Made by a program: the position numbers and the translations under genes
Assembly: GCA_002269645.1 (NCBI GenBank)
Contig: NIVC01000598.1
Coordinates: 594,286 to 658,285 of the forward strand
Source of the DNA: Macrostomum lignano
Lineage: Eukaryota
Direction: 5' to 3'
Length of the DNA: 64,000 nt
Shown: one piece after another, positions 15,401 to 30,315 of the stretch
Layout: each line of letters begins with the position of its first letter
Numbering within the stretch: position 1 is the first letter of the stretch
The notes under the pieces: model-generated
Told to the model about the DNA's origin: nothing
Databases searched by the model: none
What the model saw: the letters and a program-made list of their open reading frames with translations, nothing else

Positions 15401-16418
15401 TCAATATTTCGCGGATACTTTGCTGCCACGCATCCGATCTATTTTTCGAATTTGTAGTCTCGAAAATTTTTGAAGGGGGTTCAAAATTGCGAAAATCTGA
15501 TGTTTTGAGCGATATTTTAACCTGCCCGAAAAATTTTTTTGAATAGAATTGTGTAGCAAATAATTTTTTAATCTGTCTTCTTTAGGTGGCTTCTTCACAA
15601 CCGCCATCCCATCGTGGCTGGTTTGGGCCAAGTATCTGTCGTTCATCCGGTACTGCTACCACCTCGGCTTGCTGCTGTCTATGCTGAGTTCGCCCAACTT
15701 CTTGTAAGTTAAGCATTTGGCTACCTCTTGTTGCAGTTATTTTCAGTTTAGCATTTGGCTACCTCTTGTTGCAGTTATTTTCAGTTTAGCATTTGGCTAC
15801 CTCTTGTTGCAGTTATTTTCAGTTTAGCATTTGGCTACCTCTTGTTGCAGTTATTTTCAGTTTAGCATTTGGCTACCTCTTGTTGCAGTTATTTTCAGTT
15901 TAGCCTTTGGCTACCTCTTGTTGCAGTTATTTTCAGTTTAGCCTTTGGCTACCTCTTGTTGCAGTTATTTTCAGATTAGCATTTGGCTACCTCTTGTTGC
16001 AGTTATTTTCAGTTTAGCATTTGGCTACCTCTTGTTGCAGTTATTTTCAGTTTAGCATTTGGCTACCTCTTGTTGCAGTTATTTTTAGTTTTTAGAAAAT
16101 CAGATGATGAGGAGTAGCTTTTTCGGCACTTTCAGGACTTTTAGGGTATTTTACTTGAAAACTAGATTGCGGAGCTCAGAGAATTTCTGTCTACGAATTT
16201 ACAGGTGCGCCACAACCCTGAGGAGCGCCTACCCCAGCTGCCTGAACGGCACCTACCTGAACGCGAACAACCAGACCACATTCCCGTCCTCTGAGATCAT
16301 CCAGTACTTGCCCGACCAGCCGCTGCCAATCTGGGCCAACTGTCTCGTCCTTCTGCTGTTCCTCGTCCTCTTCCGTGTGGCCGGCTACCTGTGGCTTCGC
16401 TATATGAAGAAGGTTTAA
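12431..16418 (+). CDS. ABCG: ABCG-subfamily half ABC transporter, copy B (10 exons, 681 aa)
   Basis: Exons 12431-12626, 13009-13178, 13266-13371, 13581-13937, 14057-14577, 14695-14752, 14860-15074, 15232-15322, 15586-15703, 16205-16418. GT-AG introns, 2046 nt open frame, same motifs and exon lengths as copy A. The symbol is family-level only. Confidence 0.93.
15712..16090. repeat. 38-bp minisatellite (~10 copies) in ABCG copy B intron 9
   Basis: Unit AGCATTTGGCTACCTCTTGTTGCAGTTATTTTCAGTTT. Confidence 0.95.
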
Positions 16419-18230
16419 GTTTGCTTTTCTTCTGCAACATTTCTTTTTTGGGACAGTACCTTTACCAAAGTCTGTCGTAACATTTTATTGACTAAATTTG
16501 CAAAAAATGCGTTAATACTTTCTGTAAGATATTTTATGATTGTCCCACCTCCATTAAGTACATTGAACCTTTTTAGTTCGTAATTTAATAATGTACCCTT
16601 ATTTTTATTAGATTTTGAGTTGATATGAGATGTGAGAACTGTCATGTAGGCTGTCATTGAGTTTAGCTGTATATTCCATAGTTTCTCACGTGTTTTGAGT
16701 TTTTAGAAAACTTTGGCTTCATTCTTTATTCTGAAGGAGCTGTAAGTGTAATATTGTACAAAGATTACAACGAGTGCTCTCCGTATTTCGTGTTTTGACC
16801 TCATGAATTGTACCTGGGCCTTTGAGATTCTTGCTGAAATTTCAGCCCTGAAATAAAAATTTCCATCATGGATGTTTTAACGTCAATTTAGCTACTATTA
16901 GTAAGCAAACGCAAATTTGCCATGGCTTTAAAATCAGGGAATAATTTTTTTCTGACTGCCCTTGACGTCGCTACTTATCTTTAAAATGAATGATGGTTTA
17001 AAATTGTTTAAACCGTCCCAGCTCTACTGTAGGAAGCTGAGAGACAAAATATGAGCACTGGTTCTGCCCCAGCTTGATGGTCAAAAGAAAGAGTTTAACG
17101 AGCAAAAAGCAAGCCAGGTGAACATCAGCTAAGCCCAAACTTTTTCTATATGCTGTGCATGTAAATTGCACCTGCCGGACCCTCGGCAGAGTCCAGGTGA
17201 CAGGTAAGCACCCGCTATGTCGCTTCAAAGGCTGAAAAAATAAAAAAGCATCATTATGGGGAGCAAAAAATGGACAAAGCATGTTCCCCAGCTGACCTCA
17301 TTCCAGTTTGCGGCAAAGCAAAGATTTTCTAAGCAAAAAAAGCATAGCTATGCATGCATGTACTTTTTACCGAAGCATTTCACTTGTAGGATTCGAAGCA
17401 CGAATGTGTGACTTACGCGGCGACAAAGCATTCAATTCCATGTTCAATATTATTTTATATAACTTAAATATGAAGGCTCACCTAATAACGACTGATGGCT
17501 GCTAAAATGGCTGCTAATCTATACTGTAAATGTCATTTTGGGTCAAGGAACACATGTAGGAGGTAAAACGAGGTTTTAAGCAGTTGGTAAAATGATGTGA
17601 AGCTTTCTTCATGATATAAAAATGTACTAAGAGGTCCAGTTCGGCTGCAAAATTCATTGCGATTTGTGATTTTCCCGTTGTTGAGCACTAAATTTACAAT
17701 ATCCTCACCTTTTTGAGAGACGTCCGTGAAGTAGAGAAATAAAAAATACTGTTTGAACTCGTTGGCACTAATTAGTACTTTTTCTGACACATCGAAGCCG
17801 AAAGACTTGAAAAATCACCTCAGACAAGAGCATCTCAGAGGTAAGCGCGGCATGTCTATCAGTCATGTACGAAGTATCTTTCATTCATTTTTGCACCTGT
17901 TGTGTCAGCCAAACAGGTTCGCTGGTCCGAAATCAGCTTAAGCTCCTCAGCTGTGTACCTGCCTCCGTGGAAAACAGAGGAGAGAGAGGGGGCTAAGTTT
18001 AGTTTCTTCTAGAAGCTTCCCGCCTGCCTACTTTCCAGCATTTCCCTTTTAACCCATAAATAAATAATTCAACTGAAATCTTGCAGCAGGCGATATTCTC
18101 CTAAGAAATTTAGCAGCGGTAGAAATCGGATCTGCAAGTTTCCACTTTCTTAGTCTACTTTTACTGAAGCATGCGGAATGGAGTACTCGTAGCTGGGGCT
18201 CAGCCCAAGCTAAGCCGGTCCGCGTGTCAA

Positions 18231-18636
18231 TCTTTTATGGCCGGAGACCGTCTTCTGTGCTGGACACTAATCTGCTTCGAGCCTGACAGATGGACACCAG
18301 GCTGACTGCGCAGCTGCACCCCTCGATTTTGAATTATTCAATCGCATCAGAACAGCTGCTTCGTACAGCGCGACCTTGTCTTCTTTCCATTCGAGCTCTT
18401 GATGGAATTTTCTGCTTTCTCTCTGTTTTCTGCTTCATTTTTCGTTCTCTCCCCTCGTTTTTAATGGATATAAATATTCTTAGGAGGGCTGCGGCCACCT
18501 TGGCGCAACACCTTCGGTGACATCGTTTCACAATTCAGCCCATTCCGCTGACTCCTGAGCACGTGCAAGCAAGCCAGTACACACGCTCGCACAGGGTGCA
18601 CAGTTGCCCTGACTTTCCAATCGTCAGACATGTGCA
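18231..18636 (+). repeat. ~400-bp dispersed repeat (inverted copy at 33901-34297) ending in a CTGAC-loop-GTCAG hairpin
   Basis: Aligns by eye with the reverse complement of 33901-34297. Terminal fragments also occur at ~10495, ~30690, ~31481, ~36864 and ~52563. Confidence 0.85.
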
Positions 18637-18689
18637 TCTCTGTGCCTTGGGGGTTGGCCCTCATGGCTGTGAACCGGACGACAACCCCC

Positions 18690-19627
18690 CTCCCTCTCTG
18701 TCCCTTCGTCTCTGTCCCGTTCGTCTCTGTCCCTTCGTCTCTGTCCCTTCGTCTCTGTCCCTTCGTCTCTGTCCCTTCGTCTCTGTCCCTTCGTCTCTGT
18801 CCCTTCGTCTCTGTCCCTTCGTCTCTGTCCCTTCGTCTCTGTCCCTTCGTCTCTGTCCCTTCGTCTCTGTCCCTTCGTCTCTGTCCCTTCGTCTCTGTCC
18901 CTTCGTCTCTGTCCCTTCGTCTCTGTCCCTTCGTCTCTGTCCCTTCGTCTCTGTCCCTTCGTCTCTGTCCCTTCGTCTCTGTCCCTTCGTCTCTGTCCCT
19001 TCGTCTCTGTCCCTTCGTCTCTGTCCCTTCGTCTCTGTCCCTTCGTCTCTGTCCCTTCGTCTCTGTCCCTTCGTCTCTGTCCCTTCGTCTCTGTCCCTTC
19101 GTCTCTGTCCCTTCGTCTCTGTCCCTTCGTCTCTGTCCCTTCGTCTCTGTCCCTTCGTCTCTGTCCCTTCGTCTCTGTCCCTTCGTCTCTGTCCCTTCGT
19201 CTCTGTCCCTTCGTCTCTGTCCCTTCGTCTCTGTCCCTTCGTCTCTGTCCCTTCGTCTCTGTCCCTTCGTCTCTGTCCCTTCGTCTCTGTCCCTTCGTCT
19301 CTGTCCCTTCGTCTCTGTCCCTTCGTCTCTGTCCCTTCGTCTCTGTCCCTTCGTCTCTGTCCCTTCGTCTCTGTCCCTTCGTCTCTGTCCCTTCGTCTCT
19401 GTCCCTTCGTCTCTGTCCCTTCGTCTCTGTCCCTTCGTCTCTGTCCCTTCGTCTCTGTCCCTTCGTCTCTGTCCCTTCGTCTCTGTCCCTTCGTCTCTGT
19501 CCCTTCGTCTCTGTCCCTTCGTCTCTGTCCCTTCGTCTCTGTCCCTTCGTCTCTGTCCCTTCGTCTCTGTCCCTTCGTCTCTGTCCCTTCGTCTCTGTCC
19601 CTTCGTCTCTGTCCCTTCGTCTCTGTC
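18690..19627. repeat. 14-bp minisatellite (GTCCCTTCGTCTCT)n, ~66 copies
   Basis: Read directly; it produces spurious 14-residue periodic ORFs. Confidence 0.97.
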
Positions 19628-19994
19628 TATTCCTTTCCCTCACTCCCTCCCACTCAAGTCACATCTTACCAATTGCATTTACTCTCTGGCTACTTCTATG
19701 TAGCGGACAGTTCATATGGAAACTGCAGCCAAACTCAAAGCTTTCCTTCAACCCGCAACACTTGCAAAAATTTTAATCCCGAGCCGTTGACAGAATCCCC
19801 AGACTTGATCTTAAATATCCAGCGGCGAAGATTAGCCGCCGCACGTTGCTCATCAAAATAAGAAGCAATCCGCTGCGTCACAATTTTTAGTGACGGCCGG
19901 CTGAGGCGGTGATGATGAATGAGAAAAGCGATCTCCTTGCCCAGGTGTCTCTGTGGATCTACTTTCTTTCACTTTTCCAATCAAGTCGGGTCAG

Positions 19995-20123
19995 TTCACC
20001 GTGGGTGGGAGGGGTCAGCTCTCCGTGGGTGGGAGGGGTCAGCTCACCGTGGGTAGGAGAGGGTCAGCTGATTCTTTGGTAGAGGGATTAGCAGCTCACT
20101 CTGGGTTGGGAGGGGGTCAGCTC
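19995..20123. repeat. Degenerate GGGTGGGAGGGGTCAGCTC satellite units (same family as 28575-29198, opposite orientation)
   Basis: Read directly; another unit continues at 21869-21898. Confidence 0.75.
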
Positions 20124-21868
<1,745 letters not shown>

Positions 21869-22029
21869 GGGGGTCAGCTCACTTTGAGTTGGGAGGGGAA
21901 CTGTAAGCCTCAAACTGTAAACTTCAATCTGTAAGCCTCAGTCTTAAACAGTGCAGCCTCTCTCCTGTACCTTTCCTCCCCTAGCTCAGCATTCCTGTCT
22001 GCATATTTCTTTTCCACAGCAGGGTCACG

Positions 22030-23475
22030 TTCTCACGTTCACGGTCACCCAGCCATGTAGTTGTAGGTAGCCATGTACTGTACCCAGAGTGGGTTGGAAT
22101 CGGCCCTTAGTGGATTGGAGTGGATTGGAATACAGACGCAACGTTGGTTGTAAAGAAGACCATTTTCGATGGTGAACTTGTAAGAGATCTTTGCGAAGGC
22201 TGCTCGGCCTGAAGAGCACGACTCCCAGTTACCAGACTGAACCATTTCCATGATGCGCTGAACGAATTGGTCTCAGCAGGGATGAGATGTTTCGGGATTA
22301 CTGGCCATTTAAATTTTACACTGTGATAGCACTCGCTACGCTTCCTGAATCCGTGGACGGACCCGTGAATCGAAGGCGCGATAGAGAATCAGCATGAGAA
22401 ATGTAACTCCAGCATACTGAATGTCGTAGTCGAAATGCATCAGGCTTAGCGCCCATCGAGAGATTTGAGATGATGTATTTGTCGGGAGGCCGCAAGATTG
22501 GTCAACTAGGCGTATCAATGGCTGGTCATCAGTGGAACTCTCTACTAATGAGATAGTGCTTGAGACGATGGGCTGCCTGAATATGGCGAACGCCTTTCGC
22601 TCAATGTTGGAGTAATTTTTTTCTGCACTGGATAAGCAGCGGGAGATAAAGATAACGGGATGGCCTTCTTGAGTCACAACAGCAGCAAGCCCCCCTTGAG
22701 AAGCATCGGCGGTGTGTGTCAGTTGCCTTCTCCAACGAGTACGGCTGCACGACTGGAAATGATGAGATTTCCCTCATTGAGAAGTAAGAACGTATCGTTA
22801 TAGACTGCAAGCCACGTGAATGGTGCATCCTACCGACGAAGCTCATGTAGCAGCCTGGGCACCGATCGGCAAAAAGTTTACAAAACCAAGGAAATGTTCG
22901 AGTTCCTTCATGTTCTTCAACGCAGCAATGCGTGTGATCTTTTCCACAAGCCTGGCATCGGATCAGATACCCGCAGCTGAGATTTGGAATCCAAGTAAAG
23001 ATACCTCATTACACTCCTCGGCGCTTTTGTTCTCGTTGATTGTATTGATAACATACTTTTGGACAAGCGCTATTGGACAGCTGGGTCGCGATCTCATAGA
23101 CGCCGACCGAGTTTTCAGTGTTACGGCCAACACCAACCTAACTGCCGGACCCTCTATCTACTTACAGGGCTGTGACTCTACTCCCAAGTTTTTTCGTGCG
23201 TGCCCTGTGCCCATAGCACTGAAAGCCGCCGTGAACGCTGAGCTGGGTCGGTTGCAAGCCTTGGGAGTAATCGAACTCGTTGTCAGTCCGGTGAGTAAAG
23301 CCTCACTTGTTGTTTGGATTAAAAAGAAAGACGGGTCACTACGGATTTGCTCCGACTACAGTGCTCACCTTAATGCGCAGATTAAATCAGACGCATATCC
23401 GATTCCAAATGTAGAGTTCCCTTTCGCCGAACGAAAAAATGCTAAGAAGTTCGACACCGTTGATCTCTGCTCGGT
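22030..23475. mobile_element. Degenerate Ty3/Gypsy pol relic with an internal inversion
   Basis: Plus strand ~23140-23470 gives the RT N-terminus (PKFFRACPVP...WIKKKDGSLRICSDY...YPIP). Minus strand ~23060-22030 gives the RT C-terminus (LGFQISAAG...ELEHFLGFVNF), RNase H (HPVIFISRCLSSAEKNYSNIERKA...ISRWALSL) and linker (FTIENGLL). Confidence 0.85.
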
Positions 23476-24233
23476 TTGTTTAGCAAAAAAAACAGAGGAA
23501 GTCATATATGACAATGGTAAGTTGTCACTATACATTGAGTACGAGCTATAAGATTATTGAGGACCAAATCTTACTAAGCACATGTCTTAGTGCAAAATGT
23601 TCTTAGACACCAGCATGAGGATAAGTCACGGCATTTTAGTGTCAGATAATACTTTCGTGTGTCTAAAAATTTCTTATGATGAAAAATTTTGATAGAAAGT
23701 TACAATAAGTTATAAATTGCTTTTGTTCTGTCAACCGTAGCACTAAATTCATTACGTATAGGCCCATGTTTGTGTAATTTTTCATCAAAATTAATTGAAC
23801 AGATGTAGAGATATAAGGTGTTTCTAAGTACTTCCAATCGTAGAAGTCTTCCACAATTCCCCCCCCATCCTGCAGCTGCGGCCCTCATTGGCCCAGCGGG
23901 CACCCCGGGGACCGGCCAATACAGCCCAAAGCCGGGCGCCCTGGCAACCTGGAGGGACAAAAACGGCTCGAATCCCCCGACTGCAGGGATTCGGGATTCG
24001 ATGGGGACGGTGAAGCAAGTACACCGCTACAGAGGACTTCAGCGACTGTCTCAGGTGGGTGACCGCAACCAATTTTTTGCTGTTCTGTTTTCAAATTCAT
24101 TTAATTAACCGACTCCTAACATGGAGAGCAGGTTTCCTGGCAATAGGATTTTCATATTCGATTTTTTCTGAATTTGATTTTCTTGCCTCTGTAACTAGAC
24201 TCGTCAGTAATGAAAACAGCAGCCACTCCCGAG

Positions 24234-25780
24234 TAGGGGTGTTCGGGATGGCATTTTTTCGGGGTTCGGGGTTAACCCCGATCCCGAACATCTTTCAGGA
24301 ATCCCGAACCCCGTCCCGAACCCTAATCCCGACTCCGAACCCCGATAACCCCGAAGTAAGCAATAGCATGAAATAAAAAGTGGTATTGACGGCTACTTAC
24401 GACTATTAGCCTGTTCAGACTTTCAGTTCAACTTAAAATTAATGTGAAATTAATTTAAGGCAGATTGCATTTCTTTTGTTTTCTTTTTCCATCGATTACG
24501 AATACGAAATACCAACTAACGGTTGTGTTCATTGTGCAACAATTTTGATGTGTTTGATGTGTGAAACATCATGTGCCTCTTTCTCTGCAGAGGTGGAAGC
24601 TATCTTATCAATCAATAATCAATCTCTCTTTTTCTTATTCTCGTTTACTTAGTCTTTGGTGGCATTGCCATTGATGCACGTTGACGCTAGTAAACACTAA
24701 AATCATCTGAATTCTCATGTCATCTAATCTAAATGATCAGACTACCAAGTGATAATAGAATAGAACGCGAGTCACTTTACAGTCTCTGGCTCAACGAATA
24801 TGGCATACAGCTAATCGAACTTGTCTCGCAAGAACATTAACTTGCTGAGCGATGAGCTGGAAAGGATGCAGCGTTCCTTGCGCTTTAGAAAACCGGCAGC
24901 ACTGAAGGCGCACTCTGATGGGACAGATGATGCTGGGGCAGTGAGGTGAAGCTTAGCGAGCTCTGCCAGCTCTGGAAGATTAGCGGAGTTCTGCTTCCAG
25001 AATTCGCTGACTGCTACCTGAAAATTCTGCTGCGCCAGACTCCTGTACAGAGAAAGCTGATCAGCTGCTCTGCGCCTCGCTTCCTTCTTCCTCGCGTCTC
25101 CTCTGGCGCCAGAGTTCGATGCACTCGCAGTCGCATTGCACTCGTGAGTGGTAATTCCAGATAATCTGCAGAACTGCAAAAACTTGCATCCAGAGCTCTC
25201 TTCAGTACCCGAAATGACATTATCGTGCATCTCCTGGGTAGCGGCCATTGTATTTGCGCTGCTGGCATCTTGCCCAGAAAGCTCCTGCTCAAGGCTCCAG
25301 ATGACCTCACTCTTGAGATGGTTTTGGATGTCCACCATGTCACCCAGGTTTAGATGAGGCGATGCGACGATGGTATTGTCTAGAAAAGCAGCGGTCTTGT
25401 AGAACAAGATGTTGAAGTCTTTGCACTCAAACGTGTACTTGTTCAGCTGCTCCATAAGACGCCTCCGAATGGATCGATCGACGCCGTCAACATCAGCAGA
25501 AAGAAATTGCCGCAGACCATAGAGGACGACATTCTAATTCATACGGATTTTTTCGTAGTTCTATGGGAATTCAGAAAATTTGCGAAACCCCGAAAACCCC
25601 GAAATCCCGGTCCAAAATCCCGTCTCGAACCCCGATCCCGAACATTCATCGGGACCCCGAACCCCATCCCGAACATTCATCGGGAACCCCGAACCCCATC
25701 CCGAACATTCATCGGGACCCCGAACCCCGACCCCTAATCCCGACCGCGAACCCCGACCTAACCCCGAACCCCGACCCCTA
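24234..25780 (-). mobile_element. Internally deleted hAT DNA transposon with perfect 8-bp TSD
   Basis: Termini TAGGGGT...ACCCCTA. TSD CTCCCGAG at 24226-24233 and 25781-25788. Subterminal CCCGAA repeat arrays at both ends. Confidence 0.92.
24811..25455 (-). pseudogene. hAT transposase C-terminal (dimerisation) portion, 214-aa ORF
   Basis: FWKQNSANLPELAELAKLHLTAPASSVPSECAFSAAG...LSKLMFL matches the hAT C-terminal dimerisation motif. The N-terminal and catalytic regions are not seen. Confidence 0.85.
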
Positions 25781-25959
25781 CTCCCGAGTTGTTTAAAGAT
25801 TGTGAAGCATAAACTTCCGTTTTGGTTGACAGACTGCTTTAACTGCCATGTCAATCATGTTTCAATTGCACTAATTGACTTTTGCAAATAAAACAGAAAT
25901 ACTTTGCATTTAACCTTCGAGAGTTATCGTGGGATATCCCTTAGTAACCTCCTCCAGGT

Positions 25960-26300
25960 CTCATTCCCCTCCTTCTCATTCCCCTCCCTCTCATTCCCCT
26001 TCCTCTCATTCCCCTTCCTCTCATTCCCCTCCCTCCCATTCCCCTCCCTCTCATTCCCCTCCCTCTCATTCCCCTCCCTCTCATTCCCCTTCCTCTCATT
26101 CCCCTCCCTCCCATTCCCCTCCCTCTCATTCCCCTCCCTCTCATTCCCCTTCCTCTCATTCCCCTCAATCTCATTCCCCTCCCTCTCATTCCCCTTCCTC
26201 TCATTCCCCTCAATCTCATTCCCCTTCCTCTCATTCCCCTTCCTCTCATTCCCCTCCCTCTCATTCCCCTTCCTCTCATTCCCCTCAATCTCATTCCCCA
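25960..26300. repeat. 15-bp pyrimidine-rich minisatellite (TTCCCCTCCCTCTCA)n
   Basis: Read directly from the sequence. Confidence 0.95.
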
Positions 26301-26690
26301 CCCTTATCGCCCGCCCTCTGATTCCCCTCTCTTCCTGGCAGCGATACCTTACTGTGATTTTTATCGAAATCTTATTAGTCCCCAGTATATATACTACTCA
26401 AAAACTTCAAACACAGATGACACCAATGCTTTTCAGCTCATTTCTCGGAGTTGACACTCAAGCTACATCGGATTGGAGCCTTCTAGTTCACCATCACCTG
26501 CGGCCTTACAGACAGCATGAAAGCAGCCTGAAATTGTGTAAAACAGACAGAAAAGGATTTCGAAAATCTCTAATTAATTTTGCGCGAATGTATTGAATGG
26601 ATGAGAGCCCGTATTACCGTGACATCGACCACCGCACAGCCCGAGGGCCCAGAAGGTCTTTTTCCAGGTTCGGCATTCTTTATATGTTGA

Positions 26691-27254
<564 letters not shown>

Positions 27255-28574
27255 CACACTACACAGCGCAGGGCACTCCGAGACGCAGAAATTAGCACAG
27301 CAAAGAAACGCACCGGGAATGAGCAGATAGGCTCAGCCAGAGCCAGCCGCAGGGCAGACGAAGTCCCAGGAGCTCCCGCGGACTCCCAGAGACAAACAGG
27401 CAAGGGCGGCCCTGCTGCTCAAGCCGCCGGCCGCTAGGTGGCCGGACTGGCCGAGCAGTAATAGAATTTGCAGCCAAGCTGAGCACTCGGCAGAGTTGAT
27501 ACCGAAGTTGACTAGCAGGCCGAGAGCCCCACCTTCTCCTCCCCATTTCTCCGCTCAGGACTCTAACCAGCAGGCGGCTGAAATCAAAGCCAGAAATATG
27601 CGGCAGGGTGAGTGCGGGAGAAAGTCAAAGCTTTGCCGAATAATTAGTAGAAGTTCTTTCCGAATTCGGCATATTTCTGTGCCCCCCCCTCATTTCTGTT
27701 CGGTTTGCATCTATTTATGAGATTCCCAGCCGCTGGCCTGATGCTGAAAGTTCGATCATATCGAATCGATTGCCAGTGCAAGCCGGCCGAAACCTGATCG
27801 CAATGGCTGCAGCATCCATTAGAATTTTGTTACCAGGCTGGGTTGGAGAAACATATTTGTTGAGGAATTTGATCGGTAAGGACAGGTGGGGGTTGGACTC
27901 ACCTTGACGGTTCACTCTGGGATGTGAGGGTCCCATTCAACGGGAGCACTCCATCATTGACTTCCGAGTCGCTCGGGGAAGGAGAAACCAGAGCAGTGTA
28001 CTCGGCTTCCATCTAAGAGAATTTCAAGTGAACTCGAGCTTGGCCGAATAATAATAGCGGAACTGGCTGGGGGGCAGTGCAGGACTTAAGTTCCCGGTTC
28101 CCGGCCATTCTCGGACAGAACCGCTTATAGACTTGTGCTTAAAAGACTGAGAAATGCTGCGGCTGACTGCTCCAGTTCACCTGATTAAGTTCAGTTACCT
28201 ATAAGCCTATTAGCTGATATCTTTCGGGCTTTCGGGGGGGGGAAGTTGTAAAGTCTGATTAAATCTTGTCGGCAAATATCTCTGCAAAAAACGGTTCGAC
28301 AAAATGTTCTTTAGCTGGCCCCTCAACAGTAAGCAGGGTGCGGGTTCGAGCGAGTTGCCCTCAATTAAAATCAGAGTGCATGCCTATTTTCAAGCAGCGA
28401 TTTACCGAAGTTGCACACTGATAACTAAATACGCTCGTAATTATTCTACATCAAGTAGATGGGTAATAAGAGAGAGGGTTGAGATTGGGGACACTGCGGT
28501 GGAACAGAGAAATGACGAGGTAGGAATTACAGAGCGGAGAAGCTTAAATAATAACACTAAGACCCTCAAGTCCG

Positions 28575-29198
28575 GAGCTGACCCCTCCCACCCCAGAGTG
28601 AGCTGACCCCTTCCCACCCCAGACTGAGCTGAACCCTTCTACCCGAGAGTGAGCTGACCCCCTCACACCCCAGACTGAGCTGAACCCCTTCTACCCCAGA
28701 GTGAGCTGACCCCCTCCCACCCCAGAGTGAGCTGACCCCCTACCACCCCAGACTGAGCTGAACCCCTCCCACCCCAGACTGAGCTGACCCCCTCCCACCC
28801 CAGAGTGAGCTGAACCCCTCCCACCCCAGAGTGAGCTGACCCCTTTCTACCCCAGAGTGAGCTGAACCCTTCTACCCGAGAGTGAGCTGAACCCCTCCCA
28901 CCCCAGAGTGAGCTGACCCCTTCCCACCCCAGACTGAGCTGAACCCCTTCTACCCCAGAGTGAGCTGACCCCCTCCCACCCCAGACTGAGCTGAACCCCT
29001 TCTACCCCAGAGTGAGCTGACCCCCTCCCACCCCAGACTGAGCTGAACCCCTCCCACCCCAGAGTGAGCTGACCCCCTCCCACCCCAGAGTGAGCTGACC
29101 CCCTCCCACCCCAGAGTGAGCTGACCCCCTCCCACCCCAGAGTGAGCTGACCCCCTCCCACCCCTGAGTGAGCTGACCCCCTTCCACCCCAGAGTGAG
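28575..29198. repeat. 26-bp minisatellite (GAGCTGACCCCCTCCCACCCCAGAGT)n
   Basis: Read directly; 26-residue periodic ORFs. Confidence 0.95.
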
Positions 29199-30315
29199 TC
29201 TCCTCCGTGGTTACAAATATTTTTTATTCCTGCCATAGCCCGGGTAAGGCACCTCTGCCCCTTCCCTCACTCAGTTGAGGGTAAGTGGTATGCCGGATTG
29301 CTGAGGGGTGGGGCAGATAGCTTTCAGTACCACGCCTGAGTAGTGCGGATGATGCGGCGGGTGAGAGGCTGGGATTTGGACGGCGGGGCAAGGTGGATGA
29401 GGGAGAGAAAGAGAGAGGGAAGAGTAAGGAAGACGCAACGCACGATGCTAAGAAGCGATGGTAAGGTGAAGAGGATTTAGACTTGTGGAAATATATAATC
29501 GCGTATATGCTTCTGGCTTGCGTGTATCTGCACTACATTCATAGGCATGAGGTACGTGCGAAGAGCATTGAGATGGCACCTTCCTCGGAGATCTGGGTCT
29601 GAGAGAAGAAACTTGCTCTTGGAGTGTTTAAAAAATCTTGCAACCCAGGGGCAGAGGGCGAAATGGTGGGGGTTGCTGCGCAGTGAAGTGCATTCTCTTC
29701 CCGTGGAAAGGTGCCTCAAGTCCCGAAGGAATTTACAATCCCAAAGCTCTTCAACTTCCATTAATCTGCTCTCCTCCACCTGCCACAAGGTCTGCTGAGA
29801 TCGACTTGCTTCTTTAAAAATCAGCCCCGCTTCGGCTCAAATATCCGTCTCAAAACAGTCATGATGGGCTCTGGGATCGGGGATCAGATTCTGTTGGCAA
29901 GGGGATCCAAGGTCTCCATCGACCGGCTCTTCCCCACTTTGATGATGAAAGAGGTCCCTGCTGTTTTTTTTGTCTCCCGGCCGGAGCTTTTCAAGTGCTT
30001 CGCCGGTCCTGGGAAACTCTAAATTTCACTCGAAAGAGACATCGCTTTGAGTGCGGAGGAAAGATAGAAAGATAGCAAAATAAAGACTGTTTTCTACCTA
30101 GAATTTTGTATTAAAAACATCTGATTACCAAATTAAAAGTACAGTCGGAATGTTTTCCTCTCAAATTCCTCTCGCAAATTTCAGGGATCTCATTTAGTTG
30201 CAGTAGGCCTTGAGCGCTTCTAGAAATCAAAACGACAGTCGCCCCGCCGCTAGCGAGGAGGGGCGAGCACTCCGAGCAGTCACATGAATGCTCATTGCTC
30301 TGACCTCTGACCAAA

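Noticed and set aside
18563-19861. 339-432-aa periodic ORFs (also 25904-26596, 34583-36386, 62488-63965, 42306-43055)
   Set aside because: All arise from tandem repeats with periods matching the DNA unit; no domain, splice or codon evidence.
29477-29798. Overlapping 83-103-aa ORFs, and other short ORFs at 30894-31240, 37786-38244, 49812-50230
   Set aside because: No recognisable domains or consistent splice signals.
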